Assembly (NCBI GenBank): GCA_964482735.1 | Contig: CAYZYV010000002.1 | Location: 22,061-86,060, forward strand | Reading direction: 5' to 3' | DNA: 64,000 nt | DNA from: an uncultured Candidatus Saccharibacteria bacterium | GTDB lineage: Bacteria; Patescibacteriota; Minisyncoccia; Phycocordibacterales; UBA9973 | Part shown: one piece after another, positions 59,201 to 64,000 of the stretch | Numbering within the stretch: position 1 is the stretch's first letter | Layout: every line of letters starts with the position of its first letter | Notes under the pieces: generated by a model | What the model saw: the letters and a program-made list of their open reading frames with translations, nothing else | Databases searched by the model: none | What the model was told of the DNA's origin: nothing | Program-made: the position numbers and the translations under genes

Positions 59201-62022
59201 GAAAGTTCTCCAGCTGCCATTTTTGATACACCACTCAAAACACCTGTTCCACCTTCTCCTAAAACCTTGACGGGTGTATTCCTTTGATTGCTTGAACCAT
59301 CTCCTAATTGTCCATAATCATTTCTTCCCCAAGCGTAAACATTACCATTAATATCAATTGCATAAACCGAATTACTCTTGCTAGGAATAATATCTACTAT
59401 ATTAGAAAGGAAACCAGTTCCTCCAACTCCTAAAACTTGAACTGGGGTATTTTTTTTGACATTTGTTCCATCTCCCAACTGACCGGATCCATTGTGTCCC
59501 CACGCGTAAACAGTTCCGTCGTCTTTAAGAGCATAAACAGAGTAAGAAGTTGGAATTATTTTTGTAATCCCTGTTAAATATCCAGTACCTCCAACTCCTT
59601 TTACTTGAACGGGGGTATTATTCTGATCGTATGTACCATTTCCTGATTGACCATCATTGTTTTGTCCCCAGGCATAAACCGTTCCGTCATCTTTAAGAGC
59701 ATAAACTGCATACGTATACATAGAAGGGGCAATTTCTTTTATCCCAGTTAAATATCCAACACCTCCAACTCCTAAAACTTGAATAGGAGCATACTCGTTA
59801 TAAATTGTCCCATTTCCTAATTGTCCATAAACATTTCTTCCCCACGCGTAAACAGTTCCGTCATCCTTAAGAACATAGGCACTTTCTCCTAAAGATTCTA
59901 ATTTTAGAATATCACTTAGATAACCATTATTTCCAACACCTTTAACTTGAACCGGTGTTGATGTAGAAGCATAACTTCCATCTCCTAATTTACTATTATT
60001 GTTGCTCCCCCAAGAAAATACAGTGCCATCAGTTTTTAGAGCAAAAGCAGCAGCACCAGTAGCGCCTGTCCCACCCGACACTAAACTTTTTACACCTGTA
60101 AGATACCCAATATTATTTACCCCTTTAACTTGGACTGCAAAACTTCTGTCATCTAAATCTCCATGACCTAATTGTCCATCGTTATTTCTACCTAAAGCGT
60201 ATACAGAACCATCTTTTTCATATAAAAAAGAATTACCGGAATTATTTCCTGTTGTAATATTTATTTCTGAACTCAGACCTTCTTTGATATTGGTAAAATT
60301 TCCAATATTTTCTAATTGAATATTGACTGGAATGTTTTTACTAACTATAGTAGTATCTCCTAATTGGCTGCCATTATTTTGTCCCCAGGCGTAAATAGTC
60401 CCGTCGTTTTTAATGGCATAAATTGAATTAGATTTTCCAGCTACAATCTGCTTTACATTATTAAGACTACCTTCACCGGTTATATCTTTAACTAATACAG
60501 GTGTTGATCTGTTGGAATTAGTACCATCTCCTAATTTACCATTACTATTACTACCCCAAGAATATATAGTATAGTCATTTCTTAAAATATAAACAGAATT
60601 GGAAGTAGCACTGATTTGTTTAGCATTATCCAAATAACCAGTTCCACCCAACCCTTTAACTTGAACTGGAGTGTTTCTATGGGAAGTAGTACCGTCTCCT
60701 AATTGATAACTACTATTTTGCCCTAAAGAATATATTAATCCACCACTAGATTTAAGTATGGCAAAATTAGTATTGGTAACTATTTGATCTATATTTTCCA
60801 AAACCCCAACACTGTTGACGCCCTTAACTTGAACTGGCGTATTTCTGTCTGTACCAGTTGTTCCATCCCCTAATTGTCCATACCCGTTATACCCCCAAGC
60901 ATAAACTGTTCCATCATCTTTAAGAGCATATGCAAAATTGTTTGCAGATGATAAGTCTATAATATTTGTTAAGTAGCCACTTCCATCTACACCTTTCACT
61001 TGAACAGGAGTATTGCTTTGTGTGGTTGTTCCATCTCCTAGTTGTCCGTTATTATTTTGCCCCCAAGCATAAACTGTTCCATCATCTTTAAGAGCATAAA
61101 CCGCATTACCAGAAGATAATACTTTTTTAACACCCGTTAAAAATCCTACACCTCCAACACTCTTAACTTGTACAGGGGTTTTTGCGTTAGCAACAACAGA
61201 ACCATCTCCTAATTGTCCATAATCATTTCTTCCCCAAGCGTAAACATTTCCATCATTATCTACAGCCAACGTAGTATTTGTGTTTGCAACAACGTCTTTA
61301 ATATTGCTTAAATACCCCACACCAGAAACTCCCTTGACTTGAACAGGAATATTTTTATTTGTAATAGTATCGTCTCCTAGTTGCCCGTATCCGTTATATC
61401 CCCAACCATACAATGTTCCATCATTTTTTAAAACAAAAACAGAAGTGTCTGCTGCCACTATTTTTCTTGCATTGTCTAAATATCCAATACCACTAGAATC
61501 AGTCACTCTTTGGGGTGTAGATCTGTTTGAACTATTAGTACCGCTACCTAATTGTATATTTGTGTTTTTCCCCCATGACCAAACCCCTCCATTGGAATCT
61601 ATTAAGTAAACACCTGTTCCGTTTGAGGTGGTAGTAATCTGAATCTCTGACATACCAGATCTGTCCAATCCAACGGAAGCAGTTTCTCCAGTACTCACTA
61701 TTTCAGTTTGAGAGTTTACACCACCACTAAAATCAGAGTCAGATGTTTGAACTTTAGCACCGGAAGATGTAGAGGCAGAAATATTTTCTCCAATATTTAA
61801 ATTATTATTTTCTGTTATATATGACCAACCAGTTTTGTTCAGTTGATGAGTAGCAATCTCACTAGATTCAAGACCTGACCAATTATTTTGAGTAAAAGAA
61901 TAGGTGGCAGCTTGTGCAATTTGAGTATTAAATATTTGTCCAAAAACTAAAAGCAAAACAAAAACAAAAGAAAGTGATACTTTCCCTACTTTTAAAAGTT
62001 TTTTAAAATATTTTTTGTACAT
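53245..62022 (-). CDS. Giant exported surface protein: 16 RCC1/BLIP-II repeats, 3 Calx-beta, about 7 FN3-like domains
   Basis: Signal peptide ..AQA|A; repeated DG.VY.WG.N..GQLG.G.....TPVQV; VSF...I.DD...E..ET...I.DND; repeated WTT.EP...H...L..L.P...Y. Confidence 0.9.
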   Translation of the reverse strand: MYKKYFKKLLKVGKVSLSFVFVLLLVFGQIFNTQIAQAATYSFTQNNWSGLESSEIATHQLNKTGWSYITENNNLNIGENISASTSSGAKVQTSDSDFSGGVNSQTEIVSTGETASVGLDRSGMSEIQITTTSNGTGVYLIDSNGGVWSWGKNTNIQLGSGTNSSNRSTPQRVTDSSGIGYLDNARKIVAADTSVFVLKNDGTLYGWGYNGYGQLGDDTITNKNIPVQVKGVSGVGYLSNIKDVVANTNTTLAVDNDGNVYAWGRNDYGQLGDGSVVANAKTPVQVKSVGGVGFLTGVKKVLSSGNAVYALKDDGTVYAWGQNNNGQLGDGTTTQSNTPVQVKGVDGSGYLTNIIDLSSANNFAYALKDDGTVYAWGYNGYGQLGDGTTGTDRNTPVQVKGVNSVGVLENIDQIVTNTNFAILKSSGGLIYSLGQNSSYQLGDGTTSHRNTPVQVKGLGGTGYLDNAKQISATSNSVYILRNDYTIYSWGSNSNGKLGDGTNSNRSTPVLVKDITGEGSLNNVKQIVAGKSNSIYAIKNDGTIYAWGQNNGSQLGDTTIVSKNIPVNIQLENIGNFTNIKEGLSSEINITTGNNSGNSFLYEKDGSVYALGRNNDGQLGHGDLDDRSFAVQVKGVNNIGYLTGVKSLVSGGTGATGAAAFALKTDGTVFSWGSNNNSKLGDGSYASTSTPVQVKGVGNNGYLSDILKLESLGESAYVLKDDGTVYAWGRNVYGQLGNGTIYNEYAPIQVLGVGGVGYLTGIKEIAPSMYTYAVYALKDDGTVYAWGQNNDGQSGNGTYDQNNTPVQVKGVGGTGYLTGITKIIPTSYSVYALKDDGTVYAWGHNGSGQLGDGTNVKKNTPVQVLGVGGTGFLSNIVDIIPSKSNSVYAIDINGNVYAWGRNDYGQLGDGSSNQRNTPVKVLGEGGTGVLSGVSKMAAGELSAYALKTDGTVYSWGNNSNRQLGDGTTTNRNVPVKVVGENNSGYLGSIKSLTSDMHTVYAINNDGTVYAWGRNDYGQLGDTTRENKAYPVLVKKASVSYSNMSAGTNTYNTEGSYTSPVVDFGKQVILNSVNYSTTLNGQNITVDVRAGNTNTVDGSWTNWNNTILDGGSLLALGNKRYVQYRVNLSTNNSEVTPTFDSITFNYSEYVNGYLISSIFDTEDSESGLSKVSWSASGESETSKILIKVRTSSDKANWSSWYGFSGTGEETDYFKIENKGVVMNSLHPLNSGSDDRYFQYKLEINPEGYSTPVVQSVGIDYEMNKPPEIKNVLAYQIQDRNSADLGKVLLTYEVKDVDTSHGVNYPGQVLPKIEYKVGESSDWADASVLVFSSSPILRQGDISLKEVNESSYTTHEAVLDVKNIVRGHDSSISGDDLFIRVTVDDGENIHNLSSASSEGISIDTKIPYFENEKLSATLDAGIVGVENSALIKIKRPIESSGYIEYRVVDFRSNANGEMMDTGWVEMVGDEVSVPWSFDSQINSKIAGVRFRDLFNNEDANNIVTLESPDPIYEKSFVVQDVSNVETHYYAMYLGWLKMSYQNFSHFKIEKFISPDGTNFYKEGEVEDGVLSDVNTDFYLYKNLTPSFIHKFLISVVDIYGNISVRQGNDLIVKADGLQNYGEGGGGVLNQSAIINNVIVAQNNERNVVVTYKITDSTVYEKDNPSFEEYLFYYNGLTLSDNPYDGTSLKLSNSSGLKDSGYVLINNEVIKYNNRNNNTIGGLVLGTWPNLVSEGRETRQNTDFFAGTPVWVMADNTTPNSFDYSDYYLEDGENMSILWNTFNETGLMGGNYDNLGIRVVAHDNSEPNFSPLSTQNDYSEDGLLQTLDLTAPSVSFEVSGIATSENGNNFPVNIILDRPYVFDASIDYSISGSASYGLDHSMINGSITIPSGTTTTTLNIPIIDDIVKENSETILVTLKNPINAQIGQNNIFTLTVEDNDSNPNVGFSLSTVSNTENITSVKIPITLSEVSEVDVIISYEVSGSATSESDFSLASGNITILKGEDEANIDLIIIDDTKKENDETVIVKLTGATGANLNSNTTYTYTIIDNDTYPTLSFASLTSQAKEDVNTANILVNISSPYPEDIKFNYTVTGGSADGNGIDYLIEGYEGIISAGSTNVNIPVVIFDDELSEETENVLITLSNPINAVLGSDIIHAFSILDNEILVSDINGASVKSTSARIVWTTADYTDSLIEYGTIREGEEGVYSVSKQSLDKVLNHNIYIDNLTPETTYYFRTTSTNLAGETTISRSQFTTTPGPIITSVASLGETDTGATITWTTNIPSNSVVSYSINPDMTSPSTVTDEVLSTEHSVSLTGLVPNEIYYFLVMSSDELGNTGESANGGSYYTFSTNDDETAPIISDISTPIRTNSQVAVTWTTNEPADGRVLYGKNSGDYTNQTELIYTLVTNHLATISELEESTQYYYVIKSTDENGNETTSDEYSFETTAKEKVIISKGGGGITGVAQELYDLLLAENQAYKAKFSTLDSIAPEISNIEISDITAFGASISFNTNEDTIAFIKYGKEDNYGLMSADDNWSQRHIIKLNGLSLGTLYNFKISAMDKSNDTGNSENKEFTTKYLSEDLSELKKIDNVEQFQKEIETTIESILPSLVPPFIDKPEVVDITESGATIKYRTNVKSFPVVSYIEDEKYDSSKENPYNGESSNTLEKSTSHSIKLIGLKSNTKYHYSAKAYSLPGVIGKSDDLIFTTSASKIQASIIDVKKDSFAVVWATDEPTTSIIEYKNTKTGRTSKIVDEEKNTSHSIKIENLSPGTSYVVKVSGINNKGNTVESGSELNVKTSTDSLPPSVTNLKVDSALVQGRTDRVQTIISWQTDEPSTSIVYYEEGSGSTSGELSNKQEDLELTRNHVVILGALKPGAVYRFTVSSTDDVGNTSKLPIRTIITPKKTESIVDVIFKNFDETFNFINNVK
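58930..61640 (-). repeat. RCC1-repeat coding array with near-identical DNA segments
   Basis: Identical 50-mer at 59294-59343 and 61199-61248; identical 39-mer at 60892-60930 and 61060-61098. Confidence 0.9.
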
Positions 62023-62354
62023 TTTGATTAATTGTTTTTGTTAATAAAAAAAACAATTTATAAATAATCTTGCTACATTATATCAATTTAAAAAGATAAC
62101 CGCAATTAAAAAGTTCTTTTTATTTAAAATTTTAAAAAATCACCGCGTAGAAAAAATTATTTTTATGGAAAACAGATAGTTCTGTTTTTCGTACCTTGAT
62201 TATCAATAAAATTAAAACAATTTAATGGTTCATCAAAAAACAATAAACATTTTATCTATAATCTGTAATTTTGTATTCACATAATTTATCTTAAATGTTG
62301 TAAAAATTAATCCATTAATTATTGTTGCTTATTAATGTTTAGTAATGTATAATA

Positions 62355-62612
62355 ATGTTTATGAATGAGAATTTTATACAAATCAAAGAAGCATCAGAAT
62401 TACTGGGGGTCTCAAAACTAACCCTTAGGAATTGGGACAATAGTGGAAAGCTTGTTTCTTACCGACATCCTATTAACAATTATCGTATATATAAGAAATC
62501 TGACATTTTAAAACTTCTAGACAGCTTCCCTCTTTCAAATACTATTAAAAATAAAAAAGTGGAGAAAAAAGAAAAAGTCTACAAATTAAAAGTTATACAC
62601 TTAAAAGATTAA
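62355..62612 (+). CDS. Small MerR/excisionase-type HTH protein
   Basis: I.EA..LLGVS..TLRNWD..GKL...R.P.N.YR.Y. Confidence 0.88.
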   Translation: MFMNENFIQIKEASELLGVSKLTLRNWDNSGKLVSYRHPINNYRIYKKSDILKLLDSFPLSNTIKNKKVEKKEKVYKLKVIHLKD

Positions 62613-62650
62613 CTTGCTTTAGGTATAAAAAGATGATAATATCATCTAAT

Positions 62651-62902
62651 ATGATAACAGTAATAGAAGTAAAAAAGAATGCCAATGAGAGCAATATGAA
62701 TCTAGTGAGAAGATTCACTCGTAAAGTTCAAGAATCTGGCATCATCCAAAAAGTAAAGAGTAAGAGATATAACAAGCGAGCTGAATCTAAGGTTAAAACA
62801 AAGCAAGCTGCCCTTAAAAAAATCTCTCGCAAAAAAGAATTTGAAAAGCTCTTCAAACTAGGTAAAGAAAACAAAACAGCTAGAAGAGGAATTCGAAAAT
62901 AA
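62651..62902 (+). CDS. rpsU: 30S ribosomal protein S21-like
   Basis: EV.K..NES...L.RRF.RKV..SG, basic tail. Confidence 0.8.
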   Translation: MITVIEVKKNANESNMNLVRRFTRKVQESGIIQKVKSKRYNKRAESKVKTKQAALKKISRKKEFEKLFKLGKENKTARRGIRK

Positions 62903-62903
62903 T

Positions 62904-63296
62904 ATGGAGTCAGAATTATTTACAATTCTAAACAAAACAAAAGGCAAGCTTCCACGCTTGCCTTTTGTCTCTGTTAAAAATGAAATACTGGGAGAAAAGT
63001 ATGAACTTGGTTTAACTCTACTTACACCAAAGGAGCAACAAAAAATAAATAAGACCTATCGAGGAATAGACTCTACTACAAATATCTTATCTTTTGTTTT
63101 GGAAAAAGATTCTGGAGAAATTACTCTTGACCCACAAAAGATTAAAAAAGATGCTATACTATTTAATATGACTTATAGCCAATTCTTTATCTTTCTGTTT
63201 ATACACGGATGTCTTCATTTGAAAGGTTTGGAACATGGTAGTAAAATGGAATTATTAGAAAATAAATATTTTAAAATTTTTAATCCTAAAAAATAA
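62904..63296 (+). CDS. ybeY: rRNA maturation endoribonuclease YbeY
   Basis: N..YR....TN.LSF, HG.LHL.G..H. Confidence 0.92.
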   Translation: MESELFTILNKTKGKLPRLPFVSVKNEILGEKYELGLTLLTPKEQQKINKTYRGIDSTTNILSFVLEKDSGEITLDPQKIKKDAILFNMTYSQFFIFLFIHGCLHLKGLEHGSKMELLENKYFKIFNPKK

Positions 63297-63298
63297 TC

Positions 63299-64000
63299 AT
63301 GATTAAAGGACCTTATACTTGCGGAATAGATGTCGGCACCAACTATACAAAAGTCGTGGTTGTTAAATATGATAAAGAAAAAAAAGAAAATACAATCATC
63401 GCTTCAGGATCTTCAGAGACAAGAGGTATGAGACAAGGATATGTTATCAATACAGACCAAGTAGCGGACAGTATCAAAAAAGCAGTTAAACAAGCCGAGA
63501 ACATTCTTGGATCTAAAATACATAGAGCATACATTTCTATCGGTGGTATAAGTCTCAGTTCAACAATTTGTTCAGGATCTGTTATGACTACAAAAGCAGA
63601 TCAAGAAATAACACCACTCGATGTTGATAAAGTCTTATCTAATAGTGAAGATAATTTAGATTCTACTAATAAAAGAATTATCCACTCCATACCTATAAAC
63701 TATAAATTAGACGGAAAAGAAATTTACGTTAAACCAGAAGGATTAAAAGGTGCAAAGTTGGAAGTAAAAACTTTATTTATTACTTGTCTAAAGCAAAACT
63801 TAGAAGATTTAATTACTGCTTTTGGATTAGCAAGAATAGGTATCGAGGAGATCGTGGCATCTCCCCTAGTCACAGGAAACCTACTTTTGAATAATAAACA
63901 AAAGGTGGCTGGTTGTATTATGGTTGATATAGGAGCAGAAACTTTATCTACTATTGTTTTTGAAAACAATCTTCCTATGTCACTACACGTTCACCCTATT
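63299..64000 (+). CDS. ftsA: Cell division protein FtsA, 3'-truncated by the window end (absent from the ORF track)
   Basis: Manual translation MIKGPYTCGIDVGTNYTKVVV..., GMRQGYV, YKLDG, MVDIGAET. Confidence 0.9.
   Translation, partial: MIKGPYTCGIDVGTNYTKVVVVKYDKEKKENTIIASGSSETRGMRQGYVINTDQVADSIKKAVKQAENILGSKIHRAYISIGGISLSSTICSGSVMTTKADQEITPLDVDKVLSNSEDNLDSTNKRIIHSIPINYKLDGKEIYVKPEGLKGAKLEVKTLFITCLKQNLEDLITAFGLARIGIEEIVASPLVTGNLLLNNKQKVAGCIMVDIGAETLSTIVFENNLPMSLHVHPI

Noticed and set aside
58930-61640. CRISPR array or DGR template/variable repeat pair
   Set aside because: Repeats are in-frame coding RCC1 units; there is no reverse transcriptase and no adenine-specific mismatch pattern was evident.
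62355-62612. IS607-family transposase
   Set aside because: Only the HTH is present; no serine recombinase domain or tnpB follows.
909-63969. Numerous 60-150-aa ORFs antisense to or overlapping recognised genes (e.g. 27639-28043, 30631-31074, 34188-34628, 63343-63534, 63724-63969)
   Set aside because: Shadow ORFs of well-supported genes with no recognisable motifs.
1-64000. Alternative genetic code 25 (TGA=Gly)
   Set aside because: Conserved genes are full length under code 11, and TGA serves as a stop in ATGA overlaps (e.g. 21078-21081).

Overview
AT-rich, gene-dense bacterial chromosome segment using genetic code 11 (TGA is a stop). Gene content and streamlined variants (short AspRS and AlaRS, degenerate PriA, PaaX/Cas2-like orphan, FtsA-like plus baseplate-J-like pair, pilin-LamG protein) point to a Patescibacteria/CPR organism, probably Parcubacteria; this taxonomy is inferred. 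Most of the window is housekeeping: gap, gatB, gltX, aspS, trpS, cysS, alaS, murG, ftsW, mraY, scpAB, dnaB, recR, dnaK/dnaJ/grpE, the infA-rpmJ-rpsM-rpsK-rpsD-rpoA-rplQ-rplM-rpsI cluster, mnmA, mltG, typA, rseP, frr, mreB, priA, rpsU, ybeY, the start of ftsA, and tRNA-Leu(TAA). The main points of interest are four. (1) A tightly coupled operon encodes a 2925-aa exported RCC1/Calx-beta/FN3 protein, an orphan receiver protein and a MacB/LolCDE-type ABC transporter with an unusual ATPase tail. (2) A ~170-bp structured element at the tRNA-Leu 3' end carries both a direct and an inverted, hairpin-split copy of the tRNA end. (3) Many genes have leaderless-type promoters. (4) Several 22-23-bp perfect hairpins include gene 3' ends. 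No CRISPR array, rRNA, transposase or integrase was seen. Product calls come from motif recognition by eye; no database searches were run.
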